Positions 49,411 through 58,358 of a stretch of 64,000 nucleotides of DNA are shown one piece after another; position 1 is the first letter of the stretch; each line of letters starts with the position of its first letter. The translations under genes and the position numbers were made by a program. The DNA lies in the IMG/VR virus record IMGVR_UViG_3300027771_001853, positions 186,001-250,000 of that record; one strand, 5' to 3'. The notes under the pieces were generated by a model, which ran no database searches, was not told the origin of the DNA, and saw only the letters and a list, made by a program, of their open reading frames with translations.

Positions 49411-50643
49411 TTATTGTTTATTTTTTTTATCTACGAGCATTTTATAATACTCCGCTCTATTTTTAGTAACCACATCTATATGGTACTTTTGTACCGATTC
49501 GTATAGTCTTTCCCCCAAATCCTCCCTTAAAGAAGGGTTAAGTAGTAAAGTTTTTATGTGTTTATCCCACATTTTGTGGTTTTTATGTGTGTCAACTAAT
49601 AAAGCGTTACCTTCATTATTAAATCCTCCACCGTGGTTAGCGGCACTTATTAAATCTATCTGGTATGGACCATAATTCTGAGCAATTAATGCTTTCTTAT
49701 GGAACCCAGCTTCAATAACTTTTAATTGGGATTTAACCCTATTAAATGTATGCTCTTTAATCGGAGCAAGACTTATATCGAATTTATTATAGTTAGAAGC
49801 GTATGTGGTAATAGGTTTAGTCCACACCCTTCTATAAGGCATATCAACCTCATTAGCGTATTCTTCCTCAACAAATTTTAATAAGTGTTTATGGTATTCT
49901 GGTGAAACAGTACTGAACTTGTTAGTGAAAATTTCTTCATATTTGTACCATATAGATTCATGTGGTTCAATTGGTCTTTGTTTTTGTTCACCAGTTGCCT
50001 GGTCTATAAAAGTTATACTCCCTCTAGTGTCAAAACCACACAATACAAATTGTAATTTATCCATATGTGGTTGTAATTTTCCCACAACACCGGATAGTAT
50101 TCTTAAATCTTCCATATGCGATGAACCACCTAACCAACCCACCCTTAACCTATCAGAATCTGGTGTGTCAATTTTGAATTGGTTTTCTTTGGGGTCAACA
50201 GCATTAGGGAAAACCTCCACTGATGGGTTTAGTTTCCTTATTTCGTCAGCGAAGATTGGTGTTGTTGTATTAACATGTTCAGCTAATTTTAAATTTTCTA
50301 CAATTAATTTATCTAAATTATTTTGTTTTACCATCATATGAGCTGGATGGTCTATTGTAGGTAACCAATAATCGTCCAAATCCATAATACTGACTATCCC
50401 TAACTTTTTTAACCTAGGAGCGACTTTTTTAGATAAGTCGTAATTAGGTGATAATGTTCTGTGATAATGAATGATATCGTATTTTTTTAAGTATTCATCA
50501 TTTTCTAATTGTGGTTCGTAGTCAATGTCAACCCAAAAATCTTCTGGATATAAATTTTGTAAGGCTAGATGTGGGTCAACACTTCTAAATTTGGAGACTC
50601 CCGTTCTATCACTTGGTATTACTAGTACTTTAATTTGGCTCAT
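49411..50643 (-). CDS. Glycosyltransferase, GT-B (GT4-like)
   Basis: R...P, MDLDDYW, TTT, PNAVD, VGWLGG.SH..DL, FN..KS.LK.IEAG; likely start MSQIKV at 50643. Confidence 0.8.
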   Translation of the reverse strand: MSQIKVLVIPSDRTGVSKFRSVDPHLALQNLYPEDFWVDIDYEPQLENDEYLKKYDIIHYHRTLSPNYDLSKKVAPRLKKLGIVSIMDLDDYWLPTIDHPAHMMVKQNNLDKLIVENLKLAEHVNTTTPIFADEIRKLNPSVEVFPNAVDPKENQFKIDTPDSDRLRVGWLGGSSHMEDLRILSGVVGKLQPHMDKLQFVLCGFDTRGSITFIDQATGEQKQRPIEPHESIWYKYEEIFTNKFSTVSPEYHKHLLKFVEEEYANEVDMPYRRVWTKPITTYASNYNKFDISLAPIKEHTFNRVKSQLKVIEAGFHKKALIAQNYGPYQIDLISAANHGGGFNNEGNALLVDTHKNHKMWDKHIKTLLLNPSLREDLGERLYESVQKYHIDVVTKNRAEYYKMLVDKKNKQ

Positions 50644-50660
50644 ATTTCTTTTATTTGAAC

Positions 50661-50691
50661 AAAAAGTAATGAAAATAATTGGTATGTCAAA
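50661..50691 (-). promoter_or_regulatory. Putative Bacteroidota-type -33/-7 promoter at the start of the glycan island
   Basis: TTTG-N19-TACTTTTT upstream of 50643. Confidence 0.5.
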
Positions 50692-50702
50692 CTTGTGGGC
50701 AT

Positions 50703-50731
50703 AAAAAAAAGCCCCAGAAGGGGCTTTTTTT
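50703..50731. terminator. Rho-independent terminator (bidirectional form) after the major capsid gene
   Basis: A8-GCCCC-AGAA-GGGGC-T7. Confidence 0.85.
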
Positions 50732-50752
50732 ATTAATATATAAAACTTAAGA

Positions 50753-52591
50753 CTATCTAAGTTCTCTAATGTCAAACGTTCTAACACCGTCAATTGTAAT
50801 AGCTCCATAGAATCTATTGTTAACCACCTTTTTAGCGTATCTAGTCATGATACCCTTGATTGGTGCAAAGTTAAATGGATTATACATTGTTGGTGTAAGT
50901 TGTAATGGTACATAAGGAGCGTAAATATATCCTGTGTCTAATAAAGATGTTCCTTTATGTCCAATTAACACTTTGTTAGCTGGGAAGTAAGGGTCTCTAT
51001 ATACAGTATATCTACCTGATAATGTTCCAATCTTCTCAATACCCATATTGTACTGGTCTTGGTCTGGAGCTGCGTTTGAAGCGTGGAAGTATTCTAAGTC
51101 ATCAAATATTGCAGAACATTCAGATGAACAAACAATCCAGTTAGCACCACCTCTCAACGTAGATTTGTGAATCTGTGCTGAAATTTGGTTAATAGCAGTA
51201 ATCAGAGTTTGATTCCAGTCTTTTTGAGTATAAGGAGCTTGTCCCGCTTGGAAACGTTTCCATCCGTTGTAATCCCATCTTAATGTCCAAGATGCTGCCG
51301 CTCTTAAATCTTTAAGAATCTCACGGTCTATCTCAGCCGCAACTTCTTCAGATAATAGAGCTGTTAATTCAGCTTCTGCATCAATGTTATGGAACGCACT
51401 AACGTCTTGTGCAAGTTCTGGAGACCAAGTAGCTCTTAATTTTCTTTCTGTTACCGAAACAGTTACAGAGTCTAAATCAAATGAAACTTCACCTAATTCA
51501 TCTTCAAATTCAAGGTCTTGGTAAATTCTGTACTCAGCAGTAAAGTTAGTAGTTGCTAGTGTTGCGTTAACATTAGCTCCAACGTAACCATCTACAGACT
51601 CACATGTAATACATGCTGGACATGATAAGTCTAATTCAACGTAAAGGTAACCTTCACCATCACAAACGTTGTCATAAGTAGAATCTTTTCCTGGCCAGTA
51701 AGAAGTACCTTGTCCTGGAATATTATCTACAATACCTTTTCCGTATTTCTGAGTTACTAATCTAAAAGGTACATACCCTTGAGCTGCAACTACCTGAGTA
51801 GTACTACCAGTTGGACAACAAGTTACAGGATTTGTCGCTTTGAATTTCAAAGAAGACAAGAACTCTTCAGTATCCATCTCGTTACCATTAGGTCCAACTA
51901 ATTTACCTTGTCCTAAGTTATTAAATCCACCTACTCTAACAAGTAAGCTTCTAAGTCCACCATTAAGACAGTCGTAACTATTATATGTCCCACTAGTAGT
52001 TGAACCAGTAAGAGTTTCGTAGATAGTGGATGGAGTCATTGTTCCACCAGTAGTGTTCCACGTTACAAATTGAGCTGTACGTGACACACCTGAATATCTA
52101 CCTTTCGAAATATCGAATAAACCTCTACCATCTTCATAGTATTGGTCATATAAGTTTACAGTGTCGTAAGTTTGTTGATTTGCGTTAGTTGCACCTGGCA
52201 TTCCTTTTGGTTCGAAATGATTCCAAGTGTTATCTGCAGCACCTCCCCAACGTCTGTCGGAGATTTTTGGTACGAAGTAGAACAATTTACCAATTGGTAA
52301 GTTCAAAGCTTGTACCGATACAATGTCGTTAGCTAGTAATTTAGAAAATACTCTTCTAATTATTGGGAAAACAACTGTTTCAAATGAACCTGAGGCATCA
52401 GCTTGTGTTGCCTCGTTGATTAAATGCGTCGCTTGGTTTTCATATAACTGAGCGATGTTTTCTCTTGTATGACCTTTAAGTCCATCCAAGAAACCAAGTT
52501 TGTTCCATTTTTCAATAGTGTCTTCTCTAATAACTTTAAGATGTTTCAATCCGATATTACCTACTAATCCTGATTCTAATAAAGCACCCAT
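50753..52591 (-). CDS. Major capsid protein (T4 gp23-like)
   Basis: FPIIRRVF, VSVQ....P.G.LFY, RKLRA.WS.E.AQD, EIDREI, YAPYVPL, GIMTRY. Confidence 0.95.
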   Translation of the reverse strand: MGALLESGLVGNIGLKHLKVIREDTIEKWNKLGFLDGLKGHTRENIAQLYENQATHLINEATQADASGSFETVVFPIIRRVFSKLLANDIVSVQALNLPIGKLFYFVPKISDRRWGGAADNTWNHFEPKGMPGATNANQQTYDTVNLYDQYYEDGRGLFDISKGRYSGVSRTAQFVTWNTTGGTMTPSTIYETLTGSTTSGTYNSYDCLNGGLRSLLVRVGGFNNLGQGKLVGPNGNEMDTEEFLSSLKFKATNPVTCCPTGSTTQVVAAQGYVPFRLVTQKYGKGIVDNIPGQGTSYWPGKDSTYDNVCDGEGYLYVELDLSCPACITCESVDGYVGANVNATLATTNFTAEYRIYQDLEFEDELGEVSFDLDSVTVSVTERKLRATWSPELAQDVSAFHNIDAEAELTALLSEEVAAEIDREILKDLRAAASWTLRWDYNGWKRFQAGQAPYTQKDWNQTLITAINQISAQIHKSTLRGGANWIVCSSECSAIFDDLEYFHASNAAPDQDQYNMGIEKIGTLSGRYTVYRDPYFPANKVLIGHKGTSLLDTGYIYAPYVPLQLTPTMYNPFNFAPIKGIMTRYAKKVVNNRFYGAITIDGVRTFDIRELR

Positions 52592-52619
52592 AATTTTTAA
52601 TTTTTTTTATTTTTGGTTA

Positions 52620-54101
52620 TTATTTTATTTTACTCATGATATCTAAACTTCTTGCGATTTGTGGGTCAACATACGTTCTTGATTCTCTCAATTTCGATGC
52701 TCCCGTCGCAGGAGATTTATTTATCTTTTTTTGTACACTTTCACTAAGTTGTACAGTCTTTTTGCTATTTTTACTCTCGTAAGATTCTGTTACAACACTT
52801 TTAGTACTAGAAGAAAGTTGTTTCTTCACGTTCTTATATAGTGCTTTAGATTCTTTAAGAGATTCAACTGAGTCAAACCTTCTAAGAATGTTAATTTTCT
52901 CAGACTTGTTAGTTGTGTGTTCTGTAAACAATTTCGTAGCGTAAGCTAAGTTAGAATTGAATACAGCGACTTCATTTAACTTGTCTCTAAACATTTTAAG
53001 AGCTTTTTTATATTCTCCATTTTTGTTTTTAAGAATACCAACTTCCCCTTTTAGATTATCGATAGTTTCAGTAAGAATTTTAGTGTCGTCCATTCTTTTT
53101 CTTTCGTTTATAAAACGAGTTCTTATAGAACGTTTAGACTCATTCATATTGATTCCGGCTTTTTCTCTTGCAGCTTTATTGAACTTGTTAGTTCTATTAC
53201 CTGCATGAACTTTTTGACTTAGGTTGTTTCCACGATACATTTCTTGAAAATCTGCTTCCCCTTCTTCTTTGGCTGTTTCTCTAGTCTTTCCCCCTCGGCC
53301 ATAACGACCTTTCTTTTTACGGTCTCCCGTTGGGATATCACCTTTCTTACCACCATAGTTTTCTTCCATATCAGTTTCCATGTCCACTTCATCCATGTCC
53401 ATGTCCATATCAACTTCATACGTTGGTTCTTGCGTTTCTTCCATATCGTCATGACGTTCAGAATCATAATGTGCATCCTTTTCTAACTTCTCAATTTGTG
53501 AGTAGTCATCTTCAGCTGCATCACCAAAATAATTTCCATCATCTTCTTCCAAGTCTTCCGCTTCAACATCAACGTCGTCCTCGTCTTCATCTTCTTCGTT
53601 CATATCGACATCATCTTTTTTAGATTCGTCTAACTCTATTCGGTACTCCTCTCCAGTACCCTCATCTTCTATGCTGATTACATCATCGTCCTGTTTTACG
53701 ATTACGCCATCTTCAGCACCCATAGCTTTAAAGACTTTTAGTACATCTTCATCCGATGCTTGTGTTAAGTCTAGTGGTTCAAACTCGTCATCGCCTTCAG
53801 GTGATGGGATATCGTCAACATCAATTTCGTCCGCCATAGCTAAAACGTCCTCCATTTCTGTGTCTCCTCCCTCATCGTCCATGTCCATGACATCTTCGTC
53901 ATCATCGACCATAGCTTCGAGTTCTTGTTCTTTTATTACTTTTTTTGTTTTTAAACCATTGTTGGATAATGATTCTTTTACCAGTTCTTCAATTTCTTCC
54001 TTCATGGTAGAAGCAAGTATTTCTTTTGCATTGGATTTAACAGTTTCTTCAATCTGTTGGGCTTCAATCAGAGCCGATTCAAGTAAGGATTTATTACTCA
54101 T
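52620..54101 (-). CDS. Prohead core scaffold protein (gp22-like)
   Basis: Acidic coiled-coil protein between protease and MCP; LNEVAVFNSNLAYATKLF. Confidence 0.8.
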   Translation of the reverse strand: MSNKSLLESALIEAQQIEETVKSNAKEILASTMKEEIEELVKESLSNNGLKTKKVIKEQELEAMVDDDEDVMDMDDEGGDTEMEDVLAMADEIDVDDIPSPEGDDEFEPLDLTQASDEDVLKVFKAMGAEDGVIVKQDDDVISIEDEGTGEEYRIELDESKKDDVDMNEEDEDEDDVDVEAEDLEEDDGNYFGDAAEDDYSQIEKLEKDAHYDSERHDDMEETQEPTYEVDMDMDMDEVDMETDMEENYGGKKGDIPTGDRKKKGRYGRGGKTRETAKEEGEADFQEMYRGNNLSQKVHAGNRTNKFNKAAREKAGINMNESKRSIRTRFINERKRMDDTKILTETIDNLKGEVGILKNKNGEYKKALKMFRDKLNEVAVFNSNLAYATKLFTEHTTNKSEKINILRRFDSVESLKESKALYKNVKKQLSSSTKSVVTESYESKNSKKTVQLSESVQKKINKSPATGASKLRESRTYVDPQIARSLDIMSKIK

Positions 54102-54203
54102 AAATTATCTTATATATTTTTATTATAGTTTTATTCATACATAAATAGTGAGGGGTACGTAAAAAGTTTGTGTTTTACACCTCAAAACCCGTAAAATTTA
54201 ACT

Positions 54204-54929
54204 TTATCTATCTAAAAAGTTGTTTAACTTCTTCATCATAGTTAAAGCATGTGTATTTGGACCATTAAAATCTGCTGGTATTGGTGGTGGTGTTGCCTCT
54301 TCTAAAGTCTCTTCATATTTGTCTTTGTCTTTTATGTCTTTGAATAGGTAAGCTCCTGGAGTTGATGGTGACGACACTAAATCAAAACATATCAATTCAA
54401 AATCATCTTGTACTATATTTTTTCCTCCTTCACTCTTTAGTGACCCTACACCCCTAGAAGAAATACCTAGAGTAACACCATGTCTTAATAGATTAGCTGC
54501 TATATCACCAACACATGAGATAATACCCTTAGTGTGGTAAGCTGGTGAGGTTAGTATTTGTAGTTTCCCCATTAATGTGTCCCCGTCCCAAAAAGTCTCC
54601 ACAACTCTATGGGAACTTCTTTCTAAGTCCACTAATGACGATTCTGGGTGATTTAATTCGGATAAGGCTCTACCTTGTCCTATTAGTTGTTGGTATTTGT
54701 CTACCTCTCTCTTTAATATGTCTGCTGGGTATATCCTACCATTTCTGTTTTGAACCCCACACTTCTGTAGGACAGCATAAATAAAAACACCTTCAGAATC
54801 TTTAAATCCTTTGGTTTCTGTTATTATTTTTTTATTTAAATCGTAGTGTGGTGATATGTGTCCCGCATCAATTTCTAGTAGGACTCCTTTACCGATTTCG
54901 TTAGCTTCAAGTAATTTATATGTACGCAT
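54204..54929 (-). CDS. Prohead protease (gp21-like)
   Basis: NRNGRIYP, ELNHP, SH, GISSRGVGS, FDLVSSPSTPGA. Confidence 0.95.
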   Translation of the reverse strand: MRTYKLLEANEIGKGVLLEIDAGHISPHYDLNKKIITETKGFKDSEGVFIYAVLQKCGVQNRNGRIYPADILKREVDKYQQLIGQGRALSELNHPESSLVDLERSSHRVVETFWDGDTLMGKLQILTSPAYHTKGIISCVGDIAANLLRHGVTLGISSRGVGSLKSEGGKNIVQDDFELICFDLVSSPSTPGAYLFKDIKDKDKYEETLEEATPPPIPADFNGPNTHALTMMKKLNNFLDR

Positions 54930-54972
54930 AGATTAATATCTTTACATATAAATACAATAGAGATAATTAAAA

Positions 54973-55404
54973 TTATTTTTTATTTGAGTAGAAGTTAAAG
55001 TATTTGTTATTTTTAAAATTCTGGTTTTGAATATGACCTATTGTTTTGTGTACAGAATCTTTTATTGTTTGTGAACGGATGTTCTCTTTAACTTTAAGAA
55101 ATAGGGTTATTTCACAAGAAATATAACTTCTTTTTAATAGTTCGATACCACTTGTTCGTAAATCCAAATCTACAATATTTTTTTCTGTTTTAAATAAGTT
55201 ATCGTCCAATACCTCATTTAAACTAATTTTAATATCTCTTTTTAATAACCCAACAACCCTAACCCAATTAGGTGCTTCGTTAATTGGTTGGGCCCAAGAT
55301 GAAAGATTCATATATAGCGATTTAAAATTCTTGGAGTCTACTGTCCCGTAGTTAGTTTTAAAACTAGGGTGTAGGTTAAATTTGATTTGTTTTCCTGACT
55401 TCAT
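54973..55404 (-). CDS. Hypothetical phage protein
   Basis: 143-aa ORF with its own promoter-like element. Confidence 0.7.
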   Translation of the reverse strand: MKSGKQIKFNLHPSFKTNYGTVDSKNFKSLYMNLSSWAQPINEAPNWVRVVGLLKRDIKISLNEVLDDNLFKTEKNIVDLDLRTSGIELLKRSYISCEITLFLKVKENIRSQTIKDSVHKTIGHIQNQNFKNNKYFNFYSNKK

Positions 55405-55422
55405 GATATATTCTATTTTAGT

Positions 55423-55454
55423 AAAATATACTAACGAATTACTTATAAGTCAAA
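55423..55454 (-). promoter_or_regulatory. Putative Bacteroidota-type -33/-7 promoter
   Basis: TTTG-N20-TATATTTT. Confidence 0.5.
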
Positions 55455-55459
55455 ATAAT

Positions 55460-56191
55460 CTAAGATAGGTCCTCTTCTAATTGTTGTAACCTTAATAAGT
55501 CTTTTTTTCTATACCCACAATCAACCACCTCATTTTCTACAACTAAAAGTTTATCTTTTAACTCTGTATTTTCAGTTTCTTTGATTAGGTTCGTTAGTAA
55601 CTTATTTAGATTGTCTTTACTTGTATCCACTTTTTCTTTGAGTTCTCCCACTTCTATGGATAGGTATTCTTTTAGTTTACCTTTGTCGGATTCACTTAAA
55701 GAAGAATATTTTTCATTATATAACCTAGTTAAACTAGAAACTAATAATGAATGTCTTACTGTTGTTGTTTCATTAATTTGTTCTGGTTGATTTAACCACG
55801 TTACTAATTCTTTTTTTATTTCATTATGTTTTCTTGGGTTATATGAAAAGTTTTCAAAAATAAGTTTATCTAGTTTTTGATAAATTTTTTCACTATCACC
55901 CTTATAATAAGGACTTTTTTCTATTAGTTTATTAATATTTGTGGATTCCGCTATTAGAACTTTAGATTTTGATTTTAGTTCAGTTAGGACGTTTTCTAAG
56001 AAAATCCTTGCCTCATTTTTATCAGTGAACCTTTGTTTATCTATTTCACCATACAGTGTAAAAAATTCTCTTAGTGTTTTGGTCTTTTTTAAAGACCCCA
56101 TTAATACATTAAAATTTCTTTTAAATGTGCTTTTGTTAGAATATGATTCTGTTAGAATGTCGTTGATTCCCTTTTTTATTTTACCAAACAT
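55460..56191 (-). CDS. Hypothetical helical head-module protein
   Basis: 243-aa ORF between portal and protease; TATTTATA upstream. Confidence 0.7.
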   Translation of the reverse strand: MFGKIKKGINDILTESYSNKSTFKRNFNVLMGSLKKTKTLREFFTLYGEIDKQRFTDKNEARIFLENVLTELKSKSKVLIAESTNINKLIEKSPYYKGDSEKIYQKLDKLIFENFSYNPRKHNEIKKELVTWLNQPEQINETTTVRHSLLVSSLTRLYNEKYSSLSESDKGKLKEYLSIEVGELKEKVDTSKDNLNKLLTNLIKETENTELKDKLLVVENEVVDCGYRKKDLLRLQQLEEDLS

Positions 56192-56215
56192 AGATTTATA
56201 TTTTACTATAAATAT

Positions 56216-58066
56216 CTAATCTTTTAGTAAATCTTCTAGGTTCTTACTAACATCCTCTAATTCCTTAACACCCTTATTAAGTTTTATTACTCCGTTGTTT
56301 GTTCTATCCTCAAGAATTAGTGGTAAGTCCGAATCTCTGGCAAACATTTCTATCTCTAAGTCTGCACCCATATCAGCTCCTCCAGCTCCACCTTCTTCAG
56401 CTGGTGGTTCTTCTGGGGCATCACCTCCTAGGTCACCCCCTGAAGGTGGTGGTACGTCACCAAATCCTCCAGTGTCTTCACCTTCTTCTGTACCTGATTC
56501 TGCACCTCCTGCGTCTTCTTTTGGTGTTCCGTATAAAGCATCAATTTTATCAAAAATACCAGTACTTGTTATAACTTCACCAGTTTTACCCAATTCTTCA
56601 CCAACAGCTTTCTCTATTCTTTGTTGTTGTAAATCTAACTTAACTTCTTCATCACTCATACCCAACACATTCTTTTTAGCCCATGTTGATGACGTTGCTT
56701 GAATCCCATTTCCTGGGTCGGTAACACAGTCTCTATATAACGTAACTTTTTCTTTCCAAAGTTCAATTTTTAGTAAGTCCGATTGTGTGGATGGGTTAGT
56801 TAACCCTAATGTAAAATTATCTAACTCGTCTTCAAAACCTAATATATACAAATGTATTATTGCTATTTTATTTAGTTCTTGTATAATAGCTTTTTGGACG
56901 TGGTTTATCGTTCTTGCAAATCTAATGTCTTGTAATGATAAATTTTTACCCTCACCTACTACGTCTTCAAAACCTAAAAAAGCTTTAGGTACACGTAATG
57001 CAGCTAATAATTTTTTCTGTATGTACTCAATATCCGCAATCTCACTTAAATTCTGTGCACCGGGTAAAGTTTCTATTGGCATAGGTGCTGCCGGGTCACG
57101 AACTGGGATAAAGTAATCTTGGTCCACAGCTAATTGATTGTACCTTAAATCCACATTACCATTTTGTGGGTCAACAACTTGGTCTCTTTTAAATTTATTA
57201 GCGATTCTTTGTACATAAGCCTCAACATCTTTATCATCCATATTCCCAACATAGACCTTAAATACCCTTCTTTCTGGTGCTCTAGAAGTCCTATAAATCA
57301 ACATGGCATCTTCAGCTAACAATAATTGTTTCCATATTCTTCTAGACTTATCTAGTACCGAGGTGCCATATGGTAATCTTCTATCGTCACCCAATAACCT
57401 AAAATGAGCTACTTCCCAATTTTTAAAAACCATATCCTTATCTTTCCAACCAAACTCTATCTTCCTATCTTCAGTGTCACCGTCAAATGCTCCAGCACCA
57501 TAAGCGTCTGGTTTATTTTCAATTCTTTCAATTTCTATGTTTGGTAGTTGGTTTACACCTAAAACCCCCTTTTTAGGGTCCACTTTAAGATACACAAAAT
57601 TATCACCGTATTTACAAGTATTTCTAATCCACATAGGTAAATTAGTTTCCACATCTATCACATTATTGAATAGGTCTGCTAAGATACTTTTTATTCTTTT
57701 TGATTCGGAGTATATGTTCAACATAAACCCTTGTTCTGACATTGTTGTTGCTTCGTCAGCCATAATATCTAAAGCTGCTGAAATTTCCGGAGTAAACTCC
57801 ATGGATTCATAGTCATAATAAGAAGCTAACCTTGTAGGTTCATAGTAGACCGCTTGTTGGTATAGTTGGTTTTCTACCTTACTCCATTGATTATTTATAT
57901 AAGATGATTGTTGTTGTTGTAGTTTTTCTTTTTCGTACTCAGCTTTGTCGGTTGTTCTTAAAAGCACTTCCTTATCAAAATCGTATGATGGTTTTGGGGC
58001 TCTTGGGCCATTTGGTCCAAACAGGGAAGCTAGTCTCTGATATAATGTTAAGTTTTTTTCTGCCAT
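56216..58066 (-). CDS. Portal protein (T4 gp20-like)
   Basis: EDAMLIYR.SRAPERRVF, DYFIP.R, IETLPGAQNL, AL.VP. Confidence 0.95.
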   Translation of the reverse strand: MAEKNLTLYQRLASLFGPNGPRAPKPSYDFDKEVLLRTTDKAEYEKEKLQQQQSSYINNQWSKVENQLYQQAVYYEPTRLASYYDYESMEFTPEISAALDIMADEATTMSEQGFMLNIYSESKRIKSILADLFNNVIDVETNLPMWIRNTCKYGDNFVYLKVDPKKGVLGVNQLPNIEIERIENKPDAYGAGAFDGDTEDRKIEFGWKDKDMVFKNWEVAHFRLLGDDRRLPYGTSVLDKSRRIWKQLLLAEDAMLIYRTSRAPERRVFKVYVGNMDDKDVEAYVQRIANKFKRDQVVDPQNGNVDLRYNQLAVDQDYFIPVRDPAAPMPIETLPGAQNLSEIADIEYIQKKLLAALRVPKAFLGFEDVVGEGKNLSLQDIRFARTINHVQKAIIQELNKIAIIHLYILGFEDELDNFTLGLTNPSTQSDLLKIELWKEKVTLYRDCVTDPGNGIQATSSTWAKKNVLGMSDEEVKLDLQQQRIEKAVGEELGKTGEVITSTGIFDKIDALYGTPKEDAGGAESGTEEGEDTGGFGDVPPPSGGDLGGDAPEEPPAEEGGAGGADMGADLEIEMFARDSDLPLILEDRTNNGVIKLNKGVKELEDVSKNLEDLLKD

Positions 58067-58071
58067 AATTT

Positions 58072-58102
58072 TAAATTTACGATAATAATATCGGTTGTCA
58101 AT
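58072..58102 (-). promoter_or_regulatory. Putative Bacteroidota-type -33/-7 promoter upstream of portal
   Basis: TTG-N19-TAAATTTA. Confidence 0.45.
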
Positions 58103-58105
58103 TAT

Positions 58106-58351
58106 CTAGACCACATAATCACAAATAACATAGTCTTCTAATACATATGTTACTTCACACTCGACCTCAACGAAGGGTACTTGTGGTATAGATGATTGTA
58201 CGTTTCTTTTGTTTAAATCGGGTGGGAAATATATCCATTCATAAACAGCCTGGTCTAGTGCTTGTCTTAAATTCTTTTTAATGCAACGACCAAAACTATT
58301 TCTAGTTAAACCTCTACCACATTTATTACCACCTACTTTTCTTACACCCAT
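58106..58351 (-). CDS. Small hypothetical protein
   Basis: 81-aa ORF filling the terminase-portal gap. Confidence 0.6.
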   Translation of the reverse strand: MGVRKVGGNKCGRGLTRNSFGRCIKKNLRQALDQAVYEWIYFPPDLNKRNVQSSIPQVPFVEVECEVTYVLEDYVICDYVV

Positions 58352-58358
58352 ATTATTA

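Noticed and set aside
27089-50643. Bacterial O-antigen/capsule locus or chimeric contig
   Set aside because: No wzx/wzy/ABC exporter or initiating transferase; interleaved with phage phoH and dut; same strand and continuous with capsid and sigma genes
27089-50643. DNA hypermodification as the role of the GTs
   Set aside because: No base hydroxymethylase or related enzyme in the window, and the enzyme diversity suggests complex oligosaccharides; not excluded for individual GTs
50644-50808. N-terminal extension of the GT ORF to 50808
   Set aside because: Overlaps the MCP end, terminator and promoter; the ATG at 50643 is the better start
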